A DNA stretch of 64,000 nucleotides from an uncultured Acidobacteriota bacterium (GCA_963702425.1 CAVPCQ010000011.1:270175-334174); one strand, 5' to 3'. Shown: positions 17,312-31,331, counted from the stretch's first letter. Notes: generated by a model from the sequence alone, not told the origin. Made by a program: numbers and translations.

Positions 17312-17565
17312 CGTCAGGCAGGAGCCGCCGCTCGCGCGGCTCCTGCTCTCCGCGTTCGTGCGCTCGCGTCGAGGACGGGTGCCCGCGACGAGCCTGCCGC
17401 GGCCGCACGCGGGCCTTTGCCCTGTTCTCGCGGTACAATTCGCCGGGCGCGACTTCCGCGGCCACGTTCGGGCCCGATGCCTGCCTGCGTCGAGCGACAG
17501 CCATACGCCGCCATGCGGCCGGCGCTGGAGTGTGCCGATAGCCAAGCGCCGACGGTCGAGAGGCG

Positions 17566-20500
17566 ATGAACCAGATGCCCGTCCTGACGCTCCCAGGGGG
17601 CTCCGCCCTCTCCGATTTTCGCATCGACAAGCTCAATGCTCGCCTGGCGGTTCTGGACGCACGCCTCCGCGTGGGCGCCGCGAGGTTCTGGCACTTCGTC
17701 GAGGTCGACGACACCTTCGGCGACGCCGAACGCGCGGTGCTCGACAGCCTGCTGGGAACGAGCACGGCGCCGCACGCAGCGGCCGACCAAGGCGCCCGCT
17801 CGGGACCCTGGTCGTGCCCCGTCTCGGGACGATCTCCCCGTGGTCGTCGAAGGCGACCGACATCGCGCGCCAGTGCGGGATCGGGAACGTCCGCCGGGTC
17901 GAGCGGGGCACCGCGTACGTCCTCGACGGCGATCCATCTCCGGCCGTGCCGCTCCTGCACGACCGGATGACCGAAACGGTGCTGGCCTCCTTCGACGAAG
18001 CGGCGCTGCTCTTCCGCCATGTCGCGCCGAAGCCTCTCACACGGGTGGATGTCGTGGCGCGTGGCCGCGTCGCGATCGAGGAGGCGAATGCCACCTACGG
18101 GCTCGCGCTCGCTCCAGACGAGATCGACTACCTGACGCACTGCTTCGAGCGGGCGGGCCGCAATCCGACCGACGTCGAGTTGACGATGTTCGCGCAGGCG
18201 AACTCGGAGCACTGCCGCCACAAGATCTTCAACGCGTCGTGGGTGATCGACGGTGTGCCGCAGCCGCAGTCGCTGTTCGGCATGGTGCGGACGACCCACG
18301 CGGCCAACCCGCAGGGCACGATGTCCGCCTACTCGGACAACGCCGCGGTCATGGAGGGCCACCACGTGCGGAGGTTCTTCCTCTCCCCAGAGACTGGCCG
18401 GTACCACGACGTCGACGACACGACGCACGTGCTGCTGAAGGTGGAGACCCACAACCACCCCACCGCCATCTCGCCGTTCCCCGGGGCGGCCACCGGGTCG
18501 GGTGGCGAGATTCGCGACGAAGGTGCGACCGGGCGGGGCGCCAAGCCGAAGGCCGGCCTGTGCGGCTTCTCGGTGTCGAACCTGAGGATCCCCGGCTACC
18601 TGCGGCCGTGGGAAGGCCCGGAGATGCGACCCGGGAGGATTGCCTCGCCCCTGGCGATCATGATCGACGGACCAATCGGGGCCGCTGCGTTCAACAACGA
18701 GTTCGGCCGCCCGAACCTCGCGGGCTACTTCCGCACGTACGAGCAGGAAGTGAGCGGCCGCCTGCGGGGCTACCACAAGCCCATCATGCTGGCGGGCGGC
18801 CTGGGCGCGATCCGGGCGCAGCACGCGATGAAGGCCGAAGTGACCGCCGGGGCCCTGTTGATCCAGATCGGTGGCCCCGCGATGTTGATCGGAATGGGGG
18901 GCGGCGCGGCCTCCTCGATGTCCACGGGCGCGAACACCGTCGACCTGGACTTCGACTCGGTGCAGCGGGGCAACCCTGAGATGCAGCGCCGCGCCCAGGA
19001 AGTCATCGATCGCTGCTGGGCCCTTGGCGCCGCCAACCCGATCCTCTCGATCCACGACGTCGGCGCGGGAGGCTTGTCCAACGCACTGCCCGAGATCGCC
19101 CACTCGTCTGGCCGGGGAGCCGCCATCGACCTGCGCGCGGCCCCCAACGAAGAGCCTGGCATGACGCCCCGCGAGGTGTGGTGCAACGAAGCGCAGGAGC
19201 GCTACGTCCTCGCGATCGCGCCAGGCAGTCTGCCCGCCTTTGCGGCCATGTGCGAGCGCGAGCGATGTCCCTTCGCGGTGGTGGGCACCGCCACCGACGA
19301 CGACCGGTTGCTCGTCACCGACCCACTGCTCGGTGACACCCCGGTCGACATGGACCTGTCGGCGCTGCTGGGCAAGCCGCCTCGGATGACGCGAGACGTG
19401 CGTCGCGTACGGACCACGCCTCCGCCCCTCGATCTCACCGCCATCATGCTCGACGACGCGGTCGCGCGGGTGCTTCGCGCGCCGACCGTCGCCGACAAGC
19501 GGTTTCTGATCTCGATTGGCGATCGTTCCGTCGGGGGCCTCTGCACACGTGACCAGTGCGTCGGTCCCTGGCAGGTGGCCGTGGCCGACTGCGCCGTCAC
19601 CCTCGCGTCCTTCGATGGCTACGCGGGCGAGGCTTTCTCGATCGGCGAACGGACGCCGATTGCGGTGCTGGATGCGCCGGCGTCGGGCCGCATGGCCATT
19701 GCCGAAGCGTTGACGAACCTGGCGGCCGCGCCCGTTCGCGCGCTATCGCTCGTCAAGCTCTCCGCGAACTGGATGGCCGCCGCCGGTGCGCCAGGCGAAG
19801 ACGCCGCCCTGTTCGACACCGTGCGCGCGGTGTCCCTCGACCTGTGCCCGGCCCTCGGCATCAGCGTCCCCGTCGGCAAGGACTCGATGTCGATGCGGAC
19901 GACGTGGAGCGAGGGCGACACGCCACGCGAGGTCGTGAGCCCCGTGTCGCTGATCGTCTCAGCGTTCGCGACCGTGGACGACGTACGGGAGGCGTGGACG
20001 CCGCAACTGCGGACGGACCTCGGTGAGACCGAGTTGCTGCTGATCGATCTCGCAAACGGTCGCGGGCGGCTCGGCGGATCGATGCTGGCCCAGGTGTACG
20101 GGCAGTTCGGGACCGACGTGCCGGACCTCGACGACCCGTCACGGCTGAAGAGCCTGTTCGACGCGTTGCGCGAACTGCGTCGGGCAGGGCTTGTGCTCGC
20201 GTACCACGATCGGTCCGACGGCGGGCTGTTCGTCACGCTCGCGGAGATGGCCTTCGCGGGACGCGTCGGCCTCGACATCCGGGATCTCGCACCGGCGACG
20301 CCTGCCGAGGCGGACTCGCACGCGAGCCTGCTCGCGTGGCTCTTCAACGAGGAGCTCGGCGTGGTCGTGCAAGTGAGAACCGCCGACCGGCCCCGCGTGC
20401 TGAACGTCCTCGACGCCCACCTCCTGTCGGCGCGCGTCGTCGCGCGCCCCGCGAGCGACGGCCGTCTGTCCGTGAGGTGGCAGGGCACGCAGGTGTTCAG

Positions 20501-21452
20501 CCAGCCGCTTGCCGACCTCCAGCGCGTCTGGGGCGAAACGAGCTGGTTGATCCAGTCGCTGCGAGACAACCCGGCGTGCGCGCAGGCCGAGCACGACCGC
20601 GTCCTCGAGGTGTCGGACCCCGGTCTCTCGCCCGTGCTGACCTTCGATCCCGCGGAAGACGTCGCGGCGCCGTTCGTGTCGCGGGGCGCCAGGCCCGCGT
20701 TGGCCATCCTGCGCGAGCAGGGCGTGAACGGTCAGGTCGAGATGGCCGCGGCGTTCGACCGGGCCGGGTTCGACGCCTTCGACGTCCACATGAGCGACGT
20801 CATTGCCGGGCGGACCTCGCTGGCGCGGTTCGCGGGCTTCGCCGCGTGCGGCGGGTTCTCGTACGGAGACGTCCTGGGGGCGGGCGAAGGATGGGCGAAG
20901 TCCATTCTCCACCACGCGCGAACCCGCGACGAGTTCTCGGCCTTCTTCGCCCGCCCGGACAGCTTCGCGCTCGGCGTCTGCAACGGCTGCCAGATGATGG
21001 CGGCGCTGAAGACGATCATTCCGGGCGCGGACGCGTGGCCACGCTTCGTGCGCAATACCTCGGAGCAGTTCGAGGCCAGGTTCGTCAGCGTCGAGGTGCT
21101 GTCGAGCCCGTCCATCTTCTTCAAGGGCATGGAGGGGAGCCGCATCCCGGTGGTCACCGCCCACGGCGAAGGGCGCGCGCGGTTCGATCGAGCGGAGGAC
21201 GTGGCGCGCACGCTCGTGTCGGCGCGGTTCGTCGGAAACCGGGGGGAACTGGACCCGCCGTATCCGTTGAACCCGAACGGCTCGGGCAGCGGCCTCACGG
21301 CCGTGACGACCGCAGATGGGCGGTTCACGGTGTTGATGCCCCATCCCGAACGGGTGTTCCGGACCGTGCAGATGTCGTGGCACCCGGACGGCTGGGCGGA
21401 GGACAGTCCGTGGATGCGCCTGTTCCGCAACGCACGCGTGTTCGTCGGGTGA
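17566..21452 (+). CDS. purL: phosphoribosylformylglycinamidine synthase, large single-chain form (one frameshift near 17790)
   Basis: [50 protein letters not shown], fused glutaminase domain [28 protein letters not shown]. Confidence 0.96.
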
Positions 21453-21776
21453 CTCGCCCCCAGGGGCCAGTGGGCGCGCGCTGCACCCGACCGTGACGCG
21501 CCACTGCGCCCGCGACTCGCGTCGCCTGGCAGGTCGCCGCTGGTCGTCGGGGGCCCGTTGTCGGCAGGTCTCCGACAACCGGTGACCGGTTTCCGGAGAC
21601 GACACGCCGGGGTCGACCTCAACCGAAGTGAATCCCGGGGGTAGAATCTGTCAGTCCGGGCGGTTCACCCCACAGTCGCCGGACTGCCCCGCCCGTCATC
21701 CAGCGCTGCTCGCAGCTCCGCCCGCCGTTGGTCGGCGGTCCGTCGCGTGCGACGCGTTCACGTCGAGGAGTCGACC

Positions 21777-22997
21777 ATGAGCCTCAGCCAACTGGCCCGA
21801 TCGATCGCCGAGTCGCCGACGCTGCGACTCAACGAGGAGGCGCGCCTGCTCCGCGAGCGCGGCGAGCCGGTCATTCACCTGGGCATCGGCGAGCCGAAGA
21901 ACAAGGCCCCGCTGGCGGCCATCCTCAGCACGGCGTCGAAGATCGTCCAGGGCGACGTCAAGTACACGCCGACCGACGGCATGCCGTCGCTGAAGAAGGC
22001 CATCATCCGCTACACCGAGGAGAACTACGACAAGCTGGTCGCGCCCGAGAACGTCATCGTCTCGTCGGGCGCCAAGCAGTCGATCTTCAACGTGCTCTTC
22101 ACGCTGCTGAACCCGCAGGACGAGGTGATCATGCCTCGCGCCCTACTGGGTGAGCTACCCGGAGATGATCCGGATGTGCTACGGCGTGCCGGTGATCGTC
22201 ACGCCCGAGGACGGCACGTTCCACCCGCGCATCGAGGACATCGAGCGGGCGGTCAGCTCCTACGACCAAGGCGATCATCGTCAACAGCCCGAACAACCCG
22301 TCGGGCGTCGATGTACTCCGGAGCAGTTCATCGCCGAGATCGTCGAGTTCTGCGAGCGCCGCGGCATCTGGGTGCTGATGGACGACATCTACCACAAGCT
22401 GATCTTCGACGGCCGCCGCCTCGTCTCGCCGTACAAGTTCACCGAGCAGGACGTCGAGGCGTCGAAGATCATCGTCATCAACGGCATCTCGAAGGTGTAC
22501 GGGATGACGGGCTTTCGCATCGGCTGGGCCATCGCGCCGCGGGAGCTCGTCGCAGATCATGACGAACGTCCAGGCGCAGACGACCTCGTGCGTGTCGCTG
22601 ATCCTGCAGGCCGGCGCCGAGGGCGCGCTCAACGGCGTGCAGAGCGTCGTCGAGGCGCTGCGGCTGCAGATCCAGAACAACCGCGACGTGATCGATGTCG
22701 GAGCTGCAGTCGTTCACCGGCGTGCGCGTGCCACAAGCCCGACGGCACCTTCTACTGCCTGCCCGACTTCCGCGCCTACAACAACGACTCGGTGAAGCTG
22801 TCCGAGTTCCTGCTCAAGAAGGCGCTGGTCGTGACGGTGCCCGGCAAGGAGTTCGGCATGGAGGGCCACCTGCGCCTGAGCTACTCCGGGACGATGAAGG
22901 ACGTCACCGAGGGCCTCGCGCGCATGAAGTGGGCGCTGGACCCGAACTCCGCCAACGAGATCTACATCGGCGACAGGAAGCTGGTGAGGGACTGGCT

Positions 22998-23001
<4 letters not shown>
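21777..23001 (+). CDS. class I/II PLP-dependent aminotransferase (aspartate aminotransferase-like), frameshifted
   Basis: [39 protein letters not shown]; stop overlaps the pckA start (ATGA). Confidence 0.9.
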
Positions 23002-24651
<1,650 letters not shown>

Positions 24652-24654
24652 CCG

Positions 24655-25397
24655 ATGGCCCTTTCGGAGTTCCTGTTCTTCGTGGCCGCGGGGTTCGCGG
24701 CCCAACTGGTGGACGGGACGCTGGGGATGGCCTACGGGGTGACCGCGTCGAGCCTCCTGCTCGCGCTGGGGATCCCGCCCGCCATCACGAGCGCAACCGT
24801 CCACGCCGCCGAGTGCTTCACGACGGGCGCGTCTGCGGTGTCGCACCACGCCTTCGGGAACGTTCACGCGCCGCTATTCAAGCGCCTGGTGTTGCCGGGC
24901 ATCGTCGGCGCGGTGATCGGCGCGTACATCTTGAGCAGCTTTCCCGGCGACGCGCTGAAGCCCTACGTCGCCGGCTACCTGCTGCTGATGGGCGGGGTGA
25001 TTCTCCTGAAGGCCTTCCGGGAGTTTCCTCCACGGGAGGTGACCACCCACATCGCCCCGCTCGGGTTCGTCGGGCGCGCTGGTCGATGCGCTCGGCGGCG
25101 GCGGGTGGGGCCCGATCGTCGCCAGCACGCTGATGGCGCGGGGAAACGACGCCCGCCAGACGGTTGGCAGCGTGAACGCCGCGGAGTTCTTCGTCACGGT
25201 CGCCGCATCGATCACCTTCATCCTGATGCTGGGACTGAGTCATTGGCCGATGATTGCGGGCCTCGCACTAGGGGGTCTGCTGGCGGCGCCTTTCGGCGCG
25301 TGGGCGTGTTCGCGGCTGCCGCTGAAGCCGTTGATGGCGGGCGTCGGGGATCCTGGTGATCCTGCTCAGCCTGCGCACGCTCTGGCACGCGTTCTGA
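24655..25397 (+). CDS. TauE/SafE (TSUP) family membrane exporter
   Basis: AQLVDGTLGMAYG, GGGGWGP, GSVNAAEFFV; multiple TM segments. Confidence 0.85.
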
Positions 25398-25422
25398 GGA
25401 CGGCCGCCGGCGGCGTGACTCC

Positions 25423-25641
25423 GTGGTTCACTTGCGTGGAGTGGCGCTCAGCATCAACATGGGGTCCTCGCTCGTCGACGTGTCGCCGCTGTCGACCCTT
25501 GGCGCGTTGTGCGTCGCATCGGTCGCCAACCCCGACGATGCCAGGGACCTCTTCCGGAAGCTGCTGTTGTGGGGACTGTCCATGACTGCCGTCGGCGCCC
25601 TGCTGTGCCAGGTGTTCGCTGGCGCCTTTGCGAGGCTGTGA
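25423..25641 (+). pseudogene. C-terminal remnant of a MatC/SLC13-like dicarboxylate permease
   Basis: SINMGSSLVDVSPLSTLGALCVA...LFRKLLLWGLSM; only about 70 codons present. Confidence 0.6.
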
Positions 25642-25648
25642 CGCGTCG

Positions 25649-26270
25649 ATGCCGCTGAGGGAGTTGTTCTCGACCACGTTTGCCGAGCGCCGCGATCGTG
25701 TCGGCCTGGAATGGCAGGGCCAACATCCTCTACCGGGAGCGTGAGATCGGCCACATCCTGTCCGACGCACAACCGCGCGCGCTGGTGGCCGCAGGGGTGC
25801 CTCAGGCGACCGTTCCCGTGGACGTGTGGAACGTCGACGCGCTTGCCGCGGAGGCCGCGGCGCTCCCGTCCGCGCCGGCGGTGTGGGCGCCCAGCCTCGA
25901 GGCCAGCACGCCCGCGGCGTTGATCTACACCTCCGGCACGACCGGGCTGGCCAAGGGCGCCATCCTGACCCACGGCAACTTCGCGGCGAACGGCGCGACG
26001 CTGATCAGGGCCTGGCGGTTCACCGCCGCCGACCGCCTGCTGCTCGCGCTCCCGCTGTTCCACGTGCACGGGCTCGGCAACGGGTTGCACTGCTGGCTCG
26101 GCTCTGGCGCACGCGTGCGGTTGCTGGAGCGATTCGAGGCTGCGACCGCGGCCGCCGAGTTCGAGTCGTTCGCGCCGACGGTGTTCTTCGGCGTGCCTAC
26201 GATGTACGTGCGGATGCTGGACTGGCCAGCCGATGTCGCCGCGCGTGTTGGAAGCACAGCCCGCCTGTTC
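25649..26270 (+). pseudogene. truncated acyl-CoA synthetase (MatB/malonyl-CoA synthetase-like)
   Basis: N-terminus MPLRELF...LEWQG jumps to NILYRERE; AMP motif IYTSGTTGLAKG, LPLFHVHGL, FFGVPTMY; ends at ARLFV. Confidence 0.75.
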
Positions 26271-26804
26271 GTGGGGAGCAGCATCTTCCGCCTGTGGAAG
26301 ACGCTGCAGGAGCAGATGGCGCCTCTGCCGGTGTTCAACCGGGCGTTCGGCGGGTCGCGCACCGACGAGGTCCTCGCGCACATGGACCGGATCGTCCTGC
26401 CGTACCGGCCCCGGATCATCGTCTACTACTGCGGCAGCAACGACGTGAACGCCACCGAGAGCGCGGCGGCGATTGCCGCGCGGGTGCAGGAATTCGCCCT
26501 CCGCGTCAGGCAGGCGCTGCCGAAGACGACGGTGTACTACGTTTCGGTGAACAAGGCGCCGCAGAAGCGTGACCGGTGGGACGTGGTCGACGCCGTCAAC
26601 CAGGCGATGCGCGACTACGCGTCCGCGTCGACCAACGTGCGCTACATCGACGTCAACCCGGCGCTGTTCGACGATCGCGGCGAGCCCCGGATGGAGATGT
26701 ACGTCGCCGACCGCCTGCACCTCACTCCGCCGGCCTACGAGGGGTTCACGTCGATCATCAAGCCCGTCCTCGAGCGAGCCTGGGCCTCGGGCGACTCGAA
26801 GTAG
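26266..26804 (+). CDS. SGNH/GDSL hydrolase domain fused in frame to the synthetase fragment
   Basis: Blocks LFVGSS, NRAFGGS, YCGSND, DRLH. Confidence 0.8.
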
Positions 26805-26951
26805 GGACACCGGCTGACGAGGCCGTCATCACGTCGTTGCCCCTGACGCACCGGAAGCCGGGCTGCCGTCGGGAACCCGGCAGGCTGGCGCATCGCCGCC
26901 AAGCCGGGTCTGCGTCGCCACCAATTCACGCCTCATTTTCGTTTCATGCGT

Positions 26952-26967
26952 TGGCCGGCTGATTGCA
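26952..26967 (+). promoter_or_regulatory. candidate sigma54 (-24/-12) promoter
   Basis: TGGC-CGGCTGA-TTGCA has exact GG-N10-GC spacing, about 80 bp upstream of the cytochrome c gene. Confidence 0.55.
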
Positions 26968-27049
26968 GCCGCTGTCGCCACCGTTCTCCACGTTCGTCGG
27001 ATCGCACGTCTCGCGTCGGGGTCGACTCACCTCCAGCCTGGAGTGGCGC

Positions 27050-27514
27050 ATGGGTGGTGGTTTCCGGGACTACGAGCACGTCGTTCGCGTCGTCGTGCTC
27101 TTCCTGCGTCGGCATCGTCGCCTTCCTCGCGCTGCGATGGTGGTTCCTGCCGGCGGACTTCGGCGTCTACGGGTTCTACCGGGCGGGCGCGCTCGCCGAC
27201 AACCGCGCGCGCCCGATCGCCTACGCCGGCCGCGCGGCGTGTGCCGAGTGCCACGCCGACATCGTCGAGATGCGGAAGGGCAGCCGCCACGAGCACATCG
27301 GGTGCGAGGCGTGTCACGGCCCGCTGGCGAAGCACGCCGCCGGCGAGGACGAGCACGAAGCCGGCGCTGCCCGACCCGCGCGTCACGTGCGTCCGCTGCC
27401 ACGACGCCAAGGCGGGCAAGCCCGCGGGCGTTCCCGCAGGTGGACGTCGCCGACCACGCGCCCGAGGGGCCGTGCACGGCGTGCCACCAGCCGCACCACC
27501 CGGGGATCTCGTAG
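27050..27514 (+). CDS. membrane-anchored tetraheme cytochrome c (frameshifted)
   Basis: CAECH, CEACH, CVRCH and CTACH after one N-terminal TM segment. Confidence 0.85.
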   Translation: MGGGFRDYEHVVRVVVLFLRRHRRLPRAAMVVPAGGLRRLRVLPGGRARRQPRAPDRLRRPRGVCRVPRRHRRDAEGQPPRAHRVRGVSRPAGEARRRRGRARSRRCPTRASRASAATTPRRASPRAFPQVDVADHAPEGPCTACHQPHHPGIS

Positions 27515-27526
27515 GAGGCGCGAGCC

Positions 27527-28299
27527 ATGGACCAGGACCGCCGCGCGTTCCTGACGGACGCCGGCACGCTGCTCGTGCTCACCGGCGCCGCGGCCATCGC
27601 GTGGGACCACGTCGCTCGCCGGGCGCCCCGGAGGCGGCCCCGAACTACACGCTCACCGATCACTGGTGGGGGATGATCGATCGACATCGAGAAGTGCATC
27701 GGCTGCGGCAACTGCGTGCGCGCCTGCAAGGCCGAGAACGACGTGCCGCTCGAGCCCGGGCTGCTTCCGCACCTGGGTCGAGCGCTACCAGGTCGATCCC
27801 GCCGACCTGCGAGCACCCGCGTCGTCGATTCGCCCGACGGCGGCGTACGACGGGTTCCCCGAGATCGACGGCCCGATCGAGACGCTGAAGATCTTCTTCG
27901 TGCCGAAGCTGTGCAACCACTGCGCGCACTCGCCCTGCGTGCAGGTGTGCCCGGTCGGGGCGACCTTCGAGAGCCCCGGACGGCGTGGTGCTGGTCGACA
28001 AGCGCTAGTGCCTCGGCTGCCGCTACTGCGTGCAGGCGTGCCCGTACGGCTGCCGCTACATCGACCCGCGCACGCACACGGTGGACAAGTGCTCGCTCTG
28101 CTACCACCGCATCACCAGGGGCCTGACCACCGCGTGCTGCGAGACGTGCCCGACCGGCGCGCGGCAGCTGGTCGACCTGAAGAACCCGAAGGACCCGGTG
28201 CACGAGTTCCTGCGCACGCACAAGGTGCAGGTGCTGAAGCCGCAGATGGCCACGGGCTCGAAGGTGTACTACAACGGCCTCGACGGCGCGGTCCGCTAG
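27527..28299 (+). CDS. 4Fe-4S dicluster protein (NrfC/DmsB-like) with Tat signal
   Basis: DRRAFL, CIGCGNCVRAC, CNHCAHSPCVQVCP, CLGCRYCVQACP, KCSLCYHR...CCETCP. Confidence 0.9.
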
Positions 28300-28313
28300 G
28301 AGGAGACGCAGCC

Positions 28314-29494
28314 ATGCACGGCGTCGAAGGCTTCATCTATCCCAACGAGGTCGAGCTCCAGTGGAGCGTGCTCATCGTCCTGTACCCGTTCATCACGGGG
28401 CTGGTCGCGGGCGCCTTCATCCTGGCGTCGCTCGAGCGCGTGTTCAACGTCGCGGCGGTGAAGCCGACCTACCGGCTGGCGCTGCTCACCGCCCTCGCGT
28501 TCCTGCTCGTGGCGCCGCTGCCGCTGCAGCTGCACCTCGGCCACCCCGAGCGCTCCTTCGCGATGTACCTGACGCCGCACACGCGAGTCGGCGATGGCGA
28601 TGTTCGGCTTCGTCTACCTCTGGTACCTGATGGTGGTCCTGCGTGCTCGAGATCTGGTTCGACTACCGGAAGGAGATCGTGCTGACCTGGCGGGCGAGCA
28701 CGGGCGCTGAAGCGGCTGTTCTACGGCGTGCTGACGCTCGGCTCGGACAACATCAGCGAGCGGGCGCTGCGAGGTCGACGACCAGCGTCGGGCGCATCCT
28801 CACGGTCGTCGGCATCCCGTCGGCCTTCCTGCTGCACGGGTACGTCGGCTTCATCTTCGGGTCGATCAAGGCGAACCCCTGGTGGTCGACGCCGCTGATG
28901 CCGATCGTCTTCCTGTTCTCGGCCATCGTGTCGGGCATCGCGCGGTGATGCTGCTGTACATGGTCACGTCGCTGGCTGCGGCGGGTCGCCGGTCGACATG
29001 ACGTGCCTGGACACGATCGCCCGGTACCTGTTCTACGCGTTCGTCGATCGACTTCTCGCTCGAGATGCTCGACCTGATCCACCGGATCTACGAGGCCGAC
29101 GAGTCGTTCCAGCGCGCTGGACTTCATGGTGAAGACGCGGCTCTTCACGTCGCAGATCGTCCTCCAGATCGTCCTCGGGACGCTGGTGCCGCTCGGCCTG
29201 CTGGCGCTCGACGCAGGTGGTGCGGCTCGCGCGAGCGCACGCGGCGCGCGATCTACGTCGTCGCGGGCGTGCTGACGATGGTCGGCATCTTCGCGATGCG
29301 CTGGAACGTCGTCATCGGCGGGCAGCTGTTCTCGAAGAGCTTCCTCGGCTACACGACCTACAAGATGGAGTTCGCCACGCGCGAAGGGCTGCTGCCGGCG
29401 ATCGTGCTGATGATCCTGCCGTTCGTGATTCTCTGCGTGCTGGTCCGGCTGCTGCCGCCGTGGACCGACACGCAAGGAAGCGGAGCAGCATTGA
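28314..29494 (+). CDS. NrfD/PsrC family membrane subunit (frameshifted)
   Basis: WSVLIVLYPFITGLVAGAF, HLGHPER, LLHGYVGFIF, MRWNVVIGGQ. Confidence 0.88.
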
Positions 29495-29508
29495 GCGAGG
29501 AGGCGACC

Positions 29509-31243
29509 ATGGCCACCGACGACGGCACGCTCGACACCCGGCTGCGGCAACTCGAAGACGGTAGCCGACATGGACCGGCGGCTGCGCGCGCTGGAACTGG
29601 CGAGCGCGGCCGCCGCCGAGGCGACAGCCGCTGGCCGCGGACACGGCGATCGCGGCGCGGCGCACGGCGGTCGACGTCGACGCCGCGATGGTGCTGCCGC
29701 TGGTCGGACGCACCTTCATGGTGTTCGGCGGGGCGTTCCTGCTCCGGGCGCTCACGGACTCGGGCAAGCCTGCCGCGCGAGCGCGGGCGTCGCGCTGGCG
29801 CTCCTCTACGCCGTCGGCCTGGCTGGTCGCGCGCCGACGTCGGCGCGCGGCAGCGGCGCCTGAGCGCGGCCTTCCACGGCGCGGCGGCCGTCGTCATCGG
29901 TGTGCCGCTCCTGATCGAGGCCACGACCCGGTTCGCGTTGCTCGAGCCCTGCGTCGAGCGCGGCGGCCCTCGCGGGGTTCTCAGGGCTGGCGCTGCTCGT
30001 GTCGTGGCGTCGCGACCTGCACGCCTGGCGGCCGTGGCCACGCTGGTGGCGCTCGGGCGGCGGTGATCCTGGTCGGGCGCGACCGGCGCGTTCGTGCCCT
30101 ACAGCGTCGTGCTGGTCGCCCTCGGCGTGGCGACGCTGTGGCTCGGGTACGACAGGGACTGGTACTGGCTGCGTTGGGTCACCGCCCTGGTAGCGGATGT
30201 CGCGATGATCGGCTTGACGACGAGAGCGATCAGCCCGCAGCGCTTCGAGGCGGCGTTGCCGGTGGTCGTGGTGCAACTGCTGCTCGTGGGGTTGTATCTC
30301 GGGTCGTTCGCCGCGCGGACGCTCTGGAAGGGCCGGGTGCTGGTGCCGTTCGAAGTGGCGCAGACCGTGGCCGCGCTCGCGGTCGGGCTCGGCGGGGCAC
30401 TCGCGGTTGCGCGTGCCAGCGGGGCGGGCGTGACGAGCCTGGGGCTGGGAAGCCTGGTGCTTCGGCGCGGGCGCCTACGCGGTGGCCTTCGCCTTCGTCG
30501 GGCGCCGCCAGGGGCTCGGCGCGAACTTCTACTTCTACGCGACGCTCGCGCTGCTGCTGACCTCGATTGGCACCACGATCCTGCTAGGGGCCACGCCGCT
30601 TCAGTACAGCCTGGCCCTCGGGGTGCTGGCGGTGTCCACCGTCTGGCTGGGGCAGCGGTTCTCGCGCAGTGCGCTCACGTTCCACGGAGCGGTCTACTGC
30701 GTGACCGCCGCCATCGCCTCGGGCCTGTTGGCCTCCGATGCAACACTGCTGGCAGGGAAGGCCGCCACGCTCTGGCCCGGCATGACGGCCGCGGCGTGGG
30801 CCGCGTTCGCGGCGGCCGCCTTGTGCGTCCTCATCTCGCCGTCCTCGCGCGGCGGGGGCCTGACGGCTGTCGCGGCGCTCCCGCGGATGGTGTTTGCGGT
30901 CCTCACGGTGTTGGCCGCGTGCGGTGCCGCGCTCCTGGCGATTGGACCCTCGCTCGCGGGCACGCCACCGGACGCCGGCATGCTGGCCACTGTCCGGACG
31001 GGGTTGCTCGCGGTCGCGGCGGTCGGGCTTGCCGCGTGCACCCGCGTCGAACGATGGTCCGAGTTCCGGTGGCTGGTGTACCCCGTGCTGGCGCTCGGAG
31101 CGCTGAAACTGCTGTTCGAGGACATGCGTCTGTCCCAACCGGCCACGCTCTTCGTCGCCCTGGCGCTGTTGGGAGCATCCCTGGTATTGTCCCCGCGCCT
31201 CGTGCGCCGCACAGGCCCTGTCGCGGAAACCCAGGCCGAATAG
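29509..31243 (+). CDS. large polytopic hypothetical membrane protein (DUF2339-like), frameshifted
   Basis: GAGGAGG RBS; short coiled coil, then LVGRTFMVFGGAFLLRALT, many TM segments, C-terminal KLLFED. Confidence 0.65.
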
Positions 31244-31289
31244 CCATCGCTTTCGTGCGTGCGCGCCATGCGTCTGCTACCCTTGCGCC

Positions 31290-31331
31290 TGGCTCGTGGC
31301 TCGTGGCTCGGGTCGCCGGCTCCCGGTCGCT
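31290..31331. repeat. degenerate heptamer tandem repeat (GGCTCGT)
   Basis: GGCTCGT GGCTCGT GGCTCGG then decayed units. Confidence 0.6.

Noticed and set aside
17434-17565. Possible purine-related riboswitch (ZTP, PRPP, guanine) before purL
   Set aside because: A -10-like TACAAT and a hairpin exist, but I could not match the conserved cores of these classes by eye; an Rfam scan would settle it.
28006-28008. In-frame TAG in the 4Fe-4S gene (DKR*CLGC) as possible pyrrolysine or recoding
   Set aside because: It is one base from TAC (Tyr), which is plausible here; the region is full of errors, no pyl genes are present, and TAG is used as a normal stop nearby.
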